Origin: an uncultured Thiotrichaceae bacterium
Lineage (GTDB): Bacteria; Pseudomonadota; Gammaproteobacteria; Thiotrichales; Thiotrichaceae
Direction of reading: 5' to 3'
Assembly: GCA_902727985.1 (NCBI GenBank)
Contig: CACVAY010000103.1
Span: forward strand, 11,086-75,085
Length of the DNA stretch: 64,000 nucleotides
Shown here: one piece after another, positions 29,749 to 40,381 of the stretch
Layout of the letters: each line of letters starts with the position of its first letter
Position numbering within the stretch: the stretch's first letter is position 1
Translations under genes and position numbers: made by a program
The notes under the pieces: model-generated
The model's input: the letters and a program-made list of their open reading frames with translations, nothing else
The model's database searches: none
Told to the model about the DNA's origin: nothing

Positions 29749-32700
29749 TTATCTTTGTGTAGAATGTTCTTGCCAGAATTTGTTAAGGCGCTTTGCCGAA
29801 ATGGGACGTTGAGTGCCAAGCTCCTGGGCGAATAAGGAAATACGGAACTCTTCAATCATCCAGCGGTATATAGTTAAGTCTTTTTCACTAAGCATTTGTA
29901 TATCAGCATTCTTTTTGATTTCTACGGTATAACGCTCCCATAAAGGTAATACTTGTAAGCGTAAACCTCGATCACGTGTTTCACTTTCTTGCAATTTATC
30001 GAGTCTTCTGAGAACACCCTTCAAGTACTTGGGAAGCATTCTAAGTTGTTCTAAGTCTAGTGATTCTAGAAACCCTGGGTAAATGAGATGTTGCATTTGT
30101 TTCTTCATATCATTGAGTGCTTCCAGCCAATTAATTTTTATATTGCCTTTTAATTGTTTGTGAATCTCGAAATGTGAAGCTAATACAGGGTCTAATAAAT
30201 GGCAGAGGGTTTTGCTTGTGTCTAAAAGGCTATTTTGACGGGATGTGAGTAGCTCTTGAAAGTCAGTTTGGGTTCTAGGAAGTGCTTCACGTAGAAAAGT
30301 GTGATCATAACTGGCGTCAACGAGAGCGCGTTGTAACTCGTCACATTTCCCCGTTGCGGAATACCACATACATAACTTTTGTTGTTGTGAGATATGTTTT
30401 TTGAGTTGTCGAAGTTGCTCAGTTGTTCGTAGTTGGAAGAGTTTACGTACCCCCTTTTTATGGGCTGTCTGTGATTCTAGGAGGCTATCAAATAACTGGA
30501 TATCAACAACGTCTTTTTTAGCAACGATCGCTGGATAGGCGCGTACATGGATACCATGATTATTCACTGAGAGGTATTCAGGTAAATCACCAAACGTCCA
30601 ATTACTTAGCCCTTGTTGCTCTAAAGCATGTGTTTTGATTTTCTGGAAGCTTTCGACTGTTTTGTGTTTTACGTCGCCCTTGAGTTTCAGTAAGTCTCTT
30701 CCTGTTTTCAGTGTTTTACCTTTTTCATCAATAATTTCAAACCGCATTACCAAATGCTCGGGCAATTTTAGCTTATCCCATTCTTCTTGTGGAATGGTTG
30801 AACCTGTCATGCGTAATAACTGATGATTCAAGGTACTAAACAAGGAATCTGTACTAGAGCTGTGGATGGCTTCAACGCATGCCTTTGCATATTCAGGAGC
30901 TGGCACGAATTGTTTGCGTGTTTGTTTAGGTAAGGCACGAATAATGTTAGTAATTTTCTCCTCTAACATGCCAGGTACAAGATAGTCAAACAGCGTCGGT
31001 TGAATGTGTGAGAGCAAAATATGTGGAACACTGCAGGTTACGCCATCATGATCATGACCTGGTTCAAAATGGTACTGTAAAGGCAGGCTAACACCTGAGT
31101 ATTTTAGTTGGTCAGGGAATGCTGCGGAGCCGATATGTTTGGTGTCGCGCTGGAATAAGTCTTCGGCTTTATAGAACAATGCATCAGCATGCTGCTTTTC
31201 CTGTGACTTTCGCCATTTTTCGAACGTTTTTCCATTATAAATAGTGGCAGGAATGATTCTATCGTAGAAGTCATAAAGGACTTCTTCATCGACTAAAATG
31301 TCGCGTCGTCTGGACTTGGCTTCAAGGTTCTCAATTGAACGAATCAATTTACGATTATGTTGGAAAAACGTGGCTTTGGTTTCGTATTCGCCATAGATCA
31401 AGGCGTGTCGAATAAACAATTCACGACTGTTTTTTGGATCTATAGGGCCATAGTTAATTTTGCGGCGGGCATGAAGGGTAATGCCATATAAGGTAATACG
31501 TTCAAAGGCCCCGACTTGCGCGGAGCGTTTTTCCCAATGAGGTTCTGAATAATGGCGTTTGATGAGGTGTTTGGCGCTATGCTCAATCCACTCAGGTTGA
31601 ATACGAGCCACAGTTCGAGCGAAGAGTTTCGATGTTTCGACTAGCTCAGCAGCCAATATCCATTTGGGTGGCTTTTTGTGTAAAACTGATCCAGGAAAAA
31701 GGGTGAATTTTTTTTGATGAGCGCCAAGGTATATACGGTCCTCATCTTTGAAACCAATATTGCCTAGCAAGCCAGTGAGTAAGCTCTTGTGAATCGCATC
31801 CTCATTTACATTCCAATCTTTAGCCAGAGTGCTGTCAAGTTGGCGAGCAATTTGGTCGCGAATATCTTGCCATTCCCGCATGCGGATATAGGAGATAAAT
31901 TCTTTTTTGCAGAGTTTCCGTAACTTATTCTGCGAGAGAGTAGCACGCTGCTCTTGAAAATAATTCCAAAGATTTATATAACCGATAAAGTCGGAATGTT
32001 TATCTTTAAAGCGACTATGTTTCTCATCAGCAGCTTGTTGTTTTTCCAGAGGGCGTTCACGTGGGTCTTGAATAGATAGGGCGCTGACGATGATGAGTAC
32101 CGCTTCCAAAGACTTAAGTGTTGTGGCTTCAATCAGCATGCGTGCTAAACGTGGGTCAATTGGCATACGGGCAATCTGCCGTCCCATTTTTGACAGACGA
32201 TGGTGTTTGTCTACCGCGTGAATTTCAAAAAGCAGTTTGAAGCCATCTTTAATTTGGCGAGAATCGGGTGGCTCGATAAAGGGGAAAGCGGCGATATCCC
32301 CCAGGCGCATATGAGTCATTTGTAAAATAACCGACGCTAGATTCGTTCTCAGAATTTCTGGGTCAGTGAATGCTGGACGTGCCAGAAAGTCTTCTTCGGA
32401 ATAAAGTCTGATAGCGATACCGTCACTGGTTCTTCCACATCGTCCAGAGCGTTGATTGGCTGAAGCTTGTGAGGTGCGTTCAATAGGCAAACGTTGAATA
32501 CGTGCTCGCCATGAATAACGAGAAATGCGTACTTGTCCTGTATCAATGACGTATTTAATGCCAGGGACGGTTAATGAGGTTTCCGCAACATTGGTGGATA
32601 AAATAATGCGTTGCCCACGATGTGCCTGAAAAATTCGATATTGTTCCTGACTGGATAAGCGGGCAAAAAGCGGCAAAATTTCTGTGGCGGCATAATTTTG

Positions 32701-33609
32701 TTTACGAAGCATATCTGCAGCATCGCGAATTTCGCGTTCTCCTGAGAAGAAAATCAGAATATCACCGCGAGATTCTCGTTTCAGTTCATCAACCGCATCA
32801 ACGATGCCTTGGAATATATCACGATCATCTTGCTCCTCTGTTTCTGAAACTAAAGGACGATAACGAATTTCGACGGGGTAGGTTCTGCCTGAAACCTCAA
32901 TAATGGGTGCATCATTAAAATGTTTCGAGAATTTTTCAGGGTCAATTGTCGCTGAGGTAATGATCAGCTTTAGATCTTTGCGACGCGGTAACAACCATTT
33001 CAGATAGCCTAGTAGAAAATCGATGTTTAGGCTGCGTTCGTGTGCTTCATCAATAATCAAAGTATCGTATTGGGTGAGGAATCTATCCTCCTGAACTTCG
33101 GCGAGCAAAATGCCATCTGTCATGACCTTGATATAGGAATTCGCATGCGTTTTATCATGGAAACGAATCTTATAGCCGGCGGCTTGTTCGCTTTTTAATT
33201 CTTCTGCAATACGTTTTGCAACACTTTGTGCGGCAAGGCGTCGAGGCTGGGTATGGCCAATATACCCATTAAGACCAAGTCCGAGCTCAAGACACATTTT
33301 GGGTAATTGTGTGGTTTTCCCAGAGCCTGTTTCGCCACAAATGATGACGACTTGATTCTCTTTAATCGCTGTAATAATCTCTTCACGTCTTTCTGAAACA
33401 GGCAGGTTTTCAGGGTAATCAGGCGTGGGTAAATGCTGTAAGCGGGATTGGCGAGTTTTTATTGAACGCTCAATATCATGCTGTAACTTAGCTAATGTTT
33501 TTGGCGTCGAAGATTTTTTCTCGCGTATAAGACGTTGACGAAAACGGAATTGCTCTGGAAAGAGGCAATTTTTCAGCTGTTCTTCAAGTTGTTTAAGCGT
33601 TTGTCTCAC
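29749..33609 (-). CDS. hrpA: ATP-dependent RNA helicase HrpA
   Basis: Motifs GETGSGKTTQLPK, DEAH, SAT, QRSGRCGR and the C-terminal EEFRISLFAQELGT; 1286 aa. Confidence 0.97.
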   Translation of the reverse strand: MRQTLKQLEEQLKNCLFPEQFRFRQRLIREKKSSTPKTLAKLQHDIERSIKTRQSRLQHLPTPDYPENLPVSERREEIITAIKENQVVIICGETGSGKTTQLPKMCLELGLGLNGYIGHTQPRRLAAQSVAKRIAEELKSEQAAGYKIRFHDKTHANSYIKVMTDGILLAEVQEDRFLTQYDTLIIDEAHERSLNIDFLLGYLKWLLPRRKDLKLIITSATIDPEKFSKHFNDAPIIEVSGRTYPVEIRYRPLVSETEEQDDRDIFQGIVDAVDELKRESRGDILIFFSGEREIRDAADMLRKQNYAATEILPLFARLSSQEQYRIFQAHRGQRIILSTNVAETSLTVPGIKYVIDTGQVRISRYSWRARIQRLPIERTSQASANQRSGRCGRTSDGIAIRLYSEEDFLARPAFTDPEILRTNLASVILQMTHMRLGDIAAFPFIEPPDSRQIKDGFKLLFEIHAVDKHHRLSKMGRQIARMPIDPRLARMLIEATTLKSLEAVLIIVSALSIQDPRERPLEKQQAADEKHSRFKDKHSDFIGYINLWNYFQEQRATLSQNKLRKLCKKEFISYIRMREWQDIRDQIARQLDSTLAKDWNVNEDAIHKSLLTGLLGNIGFKDEDRIYLGAHQKKFTLFPGSVLHKKPPKWILAAELVETSKLFARTVARIQPEWIEHSAKHLIKRHYSEPHWEKRSAQVGAFERITLYGITLHARRKINYGPIDPKNSRELFIRHALIYGEYETKATFFQHNRKLIRSIENLEAKSRRRDILVDEEVLYDFYDRIIPATIYNGKTFEKWRKSQEKQHADALFYKAEDLFQRDTKHIGSAAFPDQLKYSGVSLPLQYHFEPGHDHDGVTCSVPHILLSHIQPTLFDYLVPGMLEEKITNIIRALPKQTRKQFVPAPEYAKACVEAIHSSSTDSLFSTLNHQLLRMTGSTIPQEEWDKLKLPEHLVMRFEIIDEKGKTLKTGRDLLKLKGDVKHKTVESFQKIKTHALEQQGLSNWTFGDLPEYLSVNNHGIHVRAYPAIVAKKDVVDIQLFDSLLESQTAHKKGVRKLFQLRTTEQLRQLKKHISQQQKLCMWYSATGKCDELQRALVDASYDHTFLREALPRTQTDFQELLTSRQNSLLDTSKTLCHLLDPVLASHFEIHKQLKGNIKINWLEALNDMKKQMQHLIYPGFLESLDLEQLRMLPKYLKGVLRRLDKLQESETRDRGLRLQVLPLWERYTVEIKKNADIQMLSEKDLTIYRWMIEEFRISLFAQELGTQRPISAKRLNKFWQEHSTQR

Positions 33610-33797
33610 GAAATATAAGTGTTTTGTGTATGAAAAGTGTCGCTATAGAGCGGTCTGAGGGCGAAAGTGTACAGAGTAATCTAAAGATATTGAATTTATT
33701 TACTAAGTCACTATAGTAAAGAACAGAGTCTAATTTATTCCACATCATTCTGAGTGTGGAGAAGTAGTCTAATAATTATTGATAGAACGAGGTTAAC

Positions 33798-34508
33798 ATG
33801 AGTTATCTAGATATTAATTCGGGGCAGGTAGTTGCTAATGCCTCAGAGGAAGCACGTGCTGCGTTTATTCGTCGTACCTATTTACATCTTGGTGGGGCGA
33901 TTGTCGCATTTGTTGGTTTAGAATATTTGATGATCCAATCGGGTATTGCACAGCAGTTTGCTGCGGTTCTTGGTGCATCAAAGTGGATGTGGTTATTGGT
34001 TATGGCGGGTTACATGGGTATCTCTTACCTTGCTGACAACTGGGCACGCTCCGCAATTTCACGTGAAAAGCAATACATGGGGCTTGGCCTCTATGCCGTT
34101 GCGTTTGCATTCATTATCAGCCCAATGATCTATCGAGCGGCGACGACAGCACCTGATGTGTTGATGAATGCGGTCATTGTAACGGGGGCATTGGTAGCGG
34201 GTTTAACCTTTACTGCTTTCACCTCTAAAGTGAATTTTTCATTTTTAGGACGTAGCTTGATGATCGGTGGTTTTGTAGCAATGGGTATTATTGTTGCGGC
34301 AATCATCTTCGATTTCTCGTTAGGTGTATGGTTTTCAGGTGCAATGATTTTATTTGCTGCAGCTTCTGTTCTATACAGTACTTCAAACATCATCCATGAA
34401 TATCACACAGATCAGCACGTTGCTGCTTCTCTGTCTCTGTTTTCAAGTATAGGTTTGCTGTTCTGGTATGTTCTGCAGTTTATGATGAGTCTAGGTGGTG
34501 GTGATTAA
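33798..34508 (+). CDS. Bax inhibitor-1/YccA family membrane protein
   Basis: Seven TM segments with RAAFIRRTYLHL and a C-terminal AASLSLF segment. Confidence 0.88.
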   Translation: MSYLDINSGQVVANASEEARAAFIRRTYLHLGGAIVAFVGLEYLMIQSGIAQQFAAVLGASKWMWLLVMAGYMGISYLADNWARSAISREKQYMGLGLYAVAFAFIISPMIYRAATTAPDVLMNAVIVTGALVAGLTFTAFTSKVNFSFLGRSLMIGGFVAMGIIVAAIIFDFSLGVWFSGAMILFAAASVLYSTSNIIHEYHTDQHVAASLSLFSSIGLLFWYVLQFMMSLGGGD

Positions 34509-34536
34509 GCGATTTAATTAATGCTTCTGGAGACAC

Positions 34537-34566
34537 AAAAAAACCTGCTTAAAGCAGGTTTTTTTT
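34537..34566. terminator. Bidirectional intrinsic terminator
   Basis: A7-CCTGCT-taa-AGCAGG-T8. Confidence 0.85.
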
Positions 34567-34874
34567 ATTGTTGCGAATAAGTATGACGTATGATTTTTTG
34601 TTTTAAAAAGTAGAACTTGAGCGTTATCTACCGTGTTGTTTTATTCCCGATCTTCATCCCTTTAATCAGAAAAAATCGCATTATTATCCTTCCTAAAATA
34701 ACCTCTATGTTCTAAGAAGACCCATTTTATGAGTCGGCAGGGCATTATCAGATGTCGAAATGTTGATTGATCAGGGTGTTCAAGCTGTTGTGATGGCGAA
34801 GTGATTTCAAGAAGAGAGCTCACAGGAAGTAAGCCATCATAATCGTTCATAACTCTAACAAGAAAGTAACGTAT

Positions 34875-35345
34875 ATGGCATCCGATCGATTTATTTCTAC
34901 ACCCGAAGGTAATGATGCAGAACATGTAAATCTTGACGATATAAAGGTTCTGGTTGTTGATGATAGTAAAACGATTCTTCGTTCTGCCGAACTGTATCTG
35001 AAGGAAAAAGGCTGTGAAGTGAGAACGGTTGAAGATGGTTTTCAGTCACTCTCAATCATTGACGATTACCAACCTGATATTATTTTTCTTGACATCATGA
35101 TGCCACGTTTGGACGGCTATCAGACTTGCGCGATGATAAAGAGCAATGAGGAATATGCTGATATTCCCGTTATTATGCTGTCGAGCAAGCATAATTTATT
35201 TGATAAAGCCCGAGGGCGTTTGTCGGGTTCTGAAGAATATCTTACCAAACCTTTTTCTCATGATGATTTGATCAGTGCTATCAATACACACACACATACA
35301 CAAACTGATGATGCAGAAAAATTACCTGAAGAATTCTTGTTCTAA
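34875..35345 (+). CDS. pilG: Twitching-motility response regulator PilG
   Basis: Motifs VDDSKTI, FLDIMMPRLDGYQTC, LFDKARGR and YLTKPF. Confidence 0.92.
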   Translation: MASDRFISTPEGNDAEHVNLDDIKVLVVDDSKTILRSAELYLKEKGCEVRTVEDGFQSLSIIDDYQPDIIFLDIMMPRLDGYQTCAMIKSNEEYADIPVIMLSSKHNLFDKARGRLSGSEEYLTKPFSHDDLISAINTHTHTQTDDAEKLPEEFLF

Positions 35346-35365
35346 TGCATTGATAGGGGCTGATT

Positions 35366-35743
35366 GTGGTTGATGTACTGATTGTCGAAGATTCACCTAC
35401 AGCGTCCTTTGTTTTAAGACATATGATTGAAAGTTTGGGGTTTAGTGTTGCAATGGCATCTAATGGTTCACATGCGCTGGAAATGGCAAAGAAACAGAAG
35501 CCGGAATTGATTTTGATGGATTTGATGATGCCGATTATGGATGGTTATCAGGCAACGCGTATCTTTAAAACAAATGCTGAATTAAAGGGTGTACCCGTCG
35601 TGATCCATAGTAGTAAGAGTCAAACAACAGACAAGTTGTGGGCAAAAAAACAAGGTGCATCAGGTTTTCTTGCAAAGCCTGCCTCGAAAAGACAATTACA
35701 ACGAATGATGAATTATTTCCTTCCAAACCATGAGGTCAGCTAA
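35366..35743 (+). CDS. pilH: Twitching-motility response regulator PilH
   Basis: Motifs VEDSPT, LMDLMMP, DGYQATR and DKLWAKKQGA; GTG start. Confidence 0.88.
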   Translation: MVDVLIVEDSPTASFVLRHMIESLGFSVAMASNGSHALEMAKKQKPELILMDLMMPIMDGYQATRIFKTNAELKGVPVVIHSSKSQTTDKLWAKKQGASGFLAKPASKRQLQRMMNYFLPNHEVS

Positions 35744-36245
35744 TATGTTATCACCGCATGGTCTTATTGTCGGTATGGCGTTAATTGATAAGCATAATCA
35801 ATCGCAAGAGAATTATTTATCGGGCTTGTCTGGAATTCTTGTGAAATCTCAGCAATATCATTTGTTGATCAAGAAAGAACGCATGTTGGAAATTCAAACC
35901 GTTCAGGAGATGACAAGAGCTATTGATGACCGCCGTTGGTTAACGGGCTTGATTCAGTACAATGGGCATGTGATTCCGCTGATTGAAATCAGCATGTTGC
36001 TGAATACTCAAGCATATGGTTCGGGTTTAAAAGATCGTCAAGTCATTGTTGTTAATAGCGAGATTGGCATCATTGGTTTGTTGGTCGAAAAAGTTTTAGG
36101 TTACCGGGATTTTTGGACAGATGATAAAGCGCTGGAATCGATTGATGAAAACAAAACAGGCATCATCTCTCATACATTAAACTACGCTAATAAAAAAATC
36201 TCTATTTTATCTATGAGTAGGTTGGCTAAGGAAATTAATCAATAG
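35730..36245 (+). CDS. pilI: CheW-like adaptor PilI
   Basis: Motifs WLTGLIQYNGHVIPLI and GLLVEKVLG; position in the operon matches pilI. Confidence 0.8.
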   Translation: MRSANMLSPHGLIVGMALIDKHNQSQENYLSGLSGILVKSQQYHLLIKKERMLEIQTVQEMTRAIDDRRWLTGLIQYNGHVIPLIEISMLLNTQAYGSGLKDRQVIVVNSEIGIIGLLVEKVLGYRDFWTDDKALESIDENKTGIISHTLNYANKKISILSMSRLAKEINQ

Positions 36246-36326
36246 GATAGAAAATATAGCTCTGTGAAATGCTGATGGGGTTAGCACTAATACCCCTCTA
36301 AATAATTAAAACAATAAAAAGTAATA

Positions 36327-38447
36327 ATGTCACGAAACCTATTATCATTGAGTATTTCTAGAAAATCTGTATGGATTTCGCTTGTGCTTTTATTGTTGTT
36401 ACTGAGCTTAATGATTCTTAGTTTTAGTTATTCTTACCGACAATCACTTGCAGACAATCAGCGCTTGCAAATTGTTTCAGAGATGAATTTGCTTTCTCAG
36501 CAGCTTCTAACGTCAACGGCTATTACAGTAAAAAGTGATAAGAGTTCCTTTGAACGGTTAGAGGCTCAAAGGGATGAGTTTCAGGTGAAATTTACAGAGT
36601 TGGAAACCTTGCAATTGGAATCCAGGTTTGCTGTGAAGCTTGATTCTTTAGATGAAGTTAGGGTGAGCTGGAAACCATTTTACGAACAGTTAGCGAATAT
36701 TCTGAAGCACCGAACAGCTATCAATAACACTCATGCCTTTGCAAAAACTATTTATGAAACATTACCAACAATGCAGCTGGCTGCAGAGCAGGTAGTTTTA
36801 AGGCTAGAAAAGAATAGCAGCAATACTGAGCAGTTAAAACTAGCGATCAGTCAGCTCATTTTGTTACAAAAATTAGAGAATAATTTACTTCTGATGATAG
36901 AAGGAAGAGGAAATATTGAACGGGTCATTAATAGCTTCTCCATACAGACATTGAAATTTGATGAAAAACTCAACTTATTATTGAAAGGAAGTCGTCAGAA
37001 GGGGTTAGTCGCCGTTTCAAATCGTGAAGCACTCTTTTATTTGGAGGAGATATCAGGAAAGTTAGAGGAGCTAGGTCAAGAAATTCGTTCACTATTGGAA
37101 AGCGCGACATCTTTACAAAGAATTTATGATGGAGTGAATGTGGGTGAGATATTGGGAGAGCAATTGTTTCAGGCTGTTAAAACTATGCACACGCAAATTG
37201 GGGAGCGAAAGCGCTCTACTCAGGTAATCAACTTGTCTGGTTATGTATTTGCGGCTTTGAGTTTTCTCAGTTTGATCTGGTTAGCCTATGCGCTTTTTTA
37301 TGATCATCGTGAACAACTCCGCAAGACAACAGAGGAAAATGAAAGCAATCAACAGGGTATCATGCATTTGATGAACCGTATGACCGCGTTGTCTCAGGGG
37401 GACTTAACGGTTTCTGCAAGAGTCACAAAAGATATCACAGGGTCTATTGCTGATGCGTTTAACCACACGGTAGAAGAACTGAGAGAGCTGGTGACAAAAA
37501 TCAATACAACTTCAGGCCAGTTGAATGATTATGCACAACGTGCCGATAAAACAGCAGAGGAATTATCGGATGCCAGTAAGGCGCAAAGTAATGAAGTGGT
37601 TTCCGCATCAACCACAATTAGTACGATCACGAAGAATGTTGAACAAGTTGCCACCTATGCAGTGAATTCAGCGGAGGTCGCTCAGAAATCTTTAACCATT
37701 TCCAGAGAAGGTGCACAAACCGTTCGTGAGACGCTTTCAGGTATGCATGCTATCCGAGAGCAGGTTCAAGTAACTGCGAAACGGATTAAACGTCTGAGTG
37801 AGAGTTCTCAAGAAGTGAGCCATATTTCTCAACTGATGAATGAAATTGCGGAACAGACACAAGTACTCGCGTTGAACGCCTCTATCCAAATGAGTAGTGC
37901 GGGTGATTCAGGTAAAAGTTTTGGTGGGGTTGCCGAAGAGATTCAGTTGTTAGCAAAGCAGGCAACGAATACCTCTAGAAAAGCTGAGGTCCTTGTAAAT
38001 ACCATGCAAATGGATACTCAGAAAACAGTTACTTCCATGGAGGAAACCATTTCGCATGTGGTGAAGGGTACACAGACCGCCGAAGATGCGGGGAATGCCT
38101 TAGTGGCAGTAGAGTTTGAATCTGACCGAATTGCAAAATTGATGCTGAATATTGCTCGGGTTACTAAGGAGCAACTTGATCTATCACAGGTAACGAAAAA
38201 GAAAATGGCTTCTATTCAAGAAATTACTTTGCAAGCATTTGAGAGAGTAAGTGAGACATCGCAGTTGATTAATAGCCTGACATCCACGGCAAATGAGCTT
38301 CAGGTTTCAGTTTATCGTTTCAAGTTGCCTAAATTGAAGCGAACCAATCACAATCAGCCTGCTGTGTTTAATAAGCTGCCTCAGATGAGCAAGAAAAATA
38401 CAGCAATGGAAGAGACAAAAAAAACGGCAGTGGGTGCTATTTCATAA
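36327..38447 (+). CDS. pilJ: Methyl-accepting chemotaxis protein PilJ
   Basis: Two TM segments, a HAMP domain (GDLTVSARVTKDITGSIADAFN) and the signalling hairpin IAEQTQVLALNASIQ. Confidence 0.9.
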   Translation: MSRNLLSLSISRKSVWISLVLLLLLLSLMILSFSYSYRQSLADNQRLQIVSEMNLLSQQLLTSTAITVKSDKSSFERLEAQRDEFQVKFTELETLQLESRFAVKLDSLDEVRVSWKPFYEQLANILKHRTAINNTHAFAKTIYETLPTMQLAAEQVVLRLEKNSSNTEQLKLAISQLILLQKLENNLLLMIEGRGNIERVINSFSIQTLKFDEKLNLLLKGSRQKGLVAVSNREALFYLEEISGKLEELGQEIRSLLESATSLQRIYDGVNVGEILGEQLFQAVKTMHTQIGERKRSTQVINLSGYVFAALSFLSLIWLAYALFYDHREQLRKTTEENESNQQGIMHLMNRMTALSQGDLTVSARVTKDITGSIADAFNHTVEELRELVTKINTTSGQLNDYAQRADKTAEELSDASKAQSNEVVSASTTISTITKNVEQVATYAVNSAEVAQKSLTISREGAQTVRETLSGMHAIREQVQVTAKRIKRLSESSQEVSHISQLMNEIAEQTQVLALNASIQMSSAGDSGKSFGGVAEEIQLLAKQATNTSRKAEVLVNTMQMDTQKTVTSMEETISHVVKGTQTAEDAGNALVAVEFESDRIAKLMLNIARVTKEQLDLSQVTKKKMASIQEITLQAFERVSETSQLINSLTSTANELQVSVYRFKLPKLKRTNHNQPAVFNKLPQMSKKNTAMEETKKTAVGAIS

Positions 38448-38555
38448 TACATAAGGAAGTTAGAGGAGAGCTCGTTTGAGATCATTGGTATTTTAAGCGG
38501 GTGTCCCCTGTAGTTTCCTCAAATAAGAATAATAAATCATAATAATAGGTGGAAT

Positions 38556-40346
38556 ATGATTTCTGATAAGGTGGGTCTTGATACACGCGTAGGGTGGATC
38601 AGAGGTGAAATCGAGAAAACAATCGAAGACATTGAATCAAAATTGAATGACTTTGTTCAAGAAAAAGATCTTAAGATCATTGAGGAAGTTAGCAATGAAA
38701 TGCAGACTCTTGAAAAGACTTTCAAGGTGGCAGGCATTAAAGGGGTTAAAATATTGGCAATGGAAATCGTCAATGTTTTAGAGGCTATTCTGGAAAACAA
38801 GATTTCAGATTGCGGTGTGACACAAGCCGTCTTATTGCAAGCGTGTTCGCAAATTTCAGATTATATTGAGCATCTGGAAGAGGGGTATGCGGATCTACCG
38901 ATTGTTATTCTACCTATTTTGAATGAACTAAGAGCGACCTATGGTAATGACCTACTTTCAGAGGAGTTGGTATTTCTCCCTCAGGATGACAATATTGGCA
39001 ATGCTGAAATTGGTAGTGATGAGTTTGTTGATCTTCAAGGTGCGAAACGGATACAAGTTTACAAACATTTGCGTATGCACTTTCAAACCGCCTTACTCAA
39101 TAGTTATCAGGGTAAAAGCGTTCAGGCATCGCTTAAAAAAATGCAAGTGCTTAGTAATGACCTGGTTAAGATCCATCAAGCTGAGGATGTCAGGGTATTG
39201 TGGTGGTTATCAAAAGCTTTAACGGAAGCGTTGGAGCATCAGGCTTTAGACTATGGTGTAGCTGTCAAACTGGTATTGGGTTCGCTCGAACGTCTGATTC
39301 TGAAGTTTGCTTCGGATGCGCCTCTCGATTCTCATGAAGCGGCAATCGGTTTAATTAAAAAGAATCTTCTATATTACATCGGTATGGCTGAAAGAGGCTC
39401 TGCGACTGTTGATAAGGTCAAAGATACTTTTCTGCTCGATATTTATTTACCGAAAGGTGAAACTCTCGAAAAGTTAAGAAAGCATTATACGTCTCCATCA
39501 CAACAGCTGTGGAGAGCGGTTGCCGAATCCGTCAATCTTGATATTGAAGATATTATTGATGGTTACAAGCATATCGAACTCAATTATGATGAAGGCACTC
39601 TGAAATTCATTCTTGAGAAGAGTAAGAAAACGGCTTCGACGCTTGGGATGCTTGGTCTTAGTAACCTTGCCGATATTATTGAAAAGCAGATCCTTCAGTT
39701 TAATGCCTTGTCACGCGATCCCCAACGATTTCCTAACGAACAACGTTTGGAAGTTGCGACTGAATGGTTGCGGGTTAAAGATATTTTAGAGGAATATTCT
39801 GAGACGGGGCAGGATGCGACACAGTATCTATATGATCAGGATAGTGGCTATCAGGTTTCAACCTATAATGCGCGTAAGCAAGTTTTCATCATCATCAAAG
39901 ATGAACTTGCCGCTGTAGTGGAGAATTTAGATGGTTATGAAAAAGATGCGCAGTTAGGAGCCATACATGCGTCATTACAAAAATTGTCAGATATCCGTGA
40001 AGTTTTTCATTTTCTCCATCAATCAGAAGTTGAGTTGCTTTTAGATGGGGCGATTAATTTTTTACAGCAAATAGCAGGTGCTTCCGAACTTACGGAAGAA
40101 TCCAGTGATGGTTTGAAAAATGTGGCAGAAATTATTGCTTCTGTCGAACAATCGGTGCTTGCTCAAAGGAACCATACAGATCATATAACTCCGCTTGATG
40201 GCGGCTTTACGGGTTTAAGGGCGCTTGATCAAAATTATGGTCTGGATGCGTCTATACGTGATGCTTTGGATCAAGCTCAGGGTCAGGTACTAGAGCTAAA
40301 AAAATTACAGCGCCAGAACAAGTTGGAGTTGATTCTGGCGCGTTAA
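38556..40346 (+). CDS. chpA: ChpA N-terminal part / FimL-like protein (0-frame product, 596 aa)
   Basis: Contains LGW/VGWIRGEI-type and PIVILPILNELRA...LLSE segments resembling the ChpA/FimL N terminus, plus His-less Hpt-like helices (MQTLEK; TASTLGMLG). Confidence 0.8.
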   Translation: MISDKVGLDTRVGWIRGEIEKTIEDIESKLNDFVQEKDLKIIEEVSNEMQTLEKTFKVAGIKGVKILAMEIVNVLEAILENKISDCGVTQAVLLQACSQISDYIEHLEEGYADLPIVILPILNELRATYGNDLLSEELVFLPQDDNIGNAEIGSDEFVDLQGAKRIQVYKHLRMHFQTALLNSYQGKSVQASLKKMQVLSNDLVKIHQAEDVRVLWWLSKALTEALEHQALDYGVAVKLVLGSLERLILKFASDAPLDSHEAAIGLIKKNLLYYIGMAERGSATVDKVKDTFLLDIYLPKGETLEKLRKHYTSPSQQLWRAVAESVNLDIEDIIDGYKHIELNYDEGTLKFILEKSKKTASTLGMLGLSNLADIIEKQILQFNALSRDPQRFPNEQRLEVATEWLRVKDILEEYSETGQDATQYLYDQDSGYQVSTYNARKQVFIIIKDELAAVVENLDGYEKDAQLGAIHASLQKLSDIREVFHFLHQSEVELLLDGAINFLQQIAGASELTEESSDGLKNVAEIIASVEQSVLAQRNHTDHITPLDGGFTGLRALDQNYGLDASIRDALDQAQGQVLELKKLQRQNKLELILAR

Positions 40347-40381
40347 ATCCTCCACAGGATGAAAAAGAAGAAATAACTCCA
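40298..40381 (+). other. Candidate -1 programmed ribosomal frameshift cassette
   Basis: In-frame A_AAA_AAA (40298-40304), TTACA spacer, stem GCGCCAGAA (40310-18)/TTCTGGCGC (40333-41). The loop TGGAG(TT) is complementary to CTCCA (40350-54) or AACTCCA (40375-81). Confidence 0.7.

Noticed and set aside
35286..35301. (AC)n-like tract in pilG
   Set aside because: It is short, imperfect and in frame (THTHT).
40298..40304. Transcriptional slippage as the main mechanism
   Set aside because: A7 is shorter than the roughly 9 or more A/T usually needed; codon phasing and the 3' stem favour ribosomal -1 shifting. It is not fully excluded.
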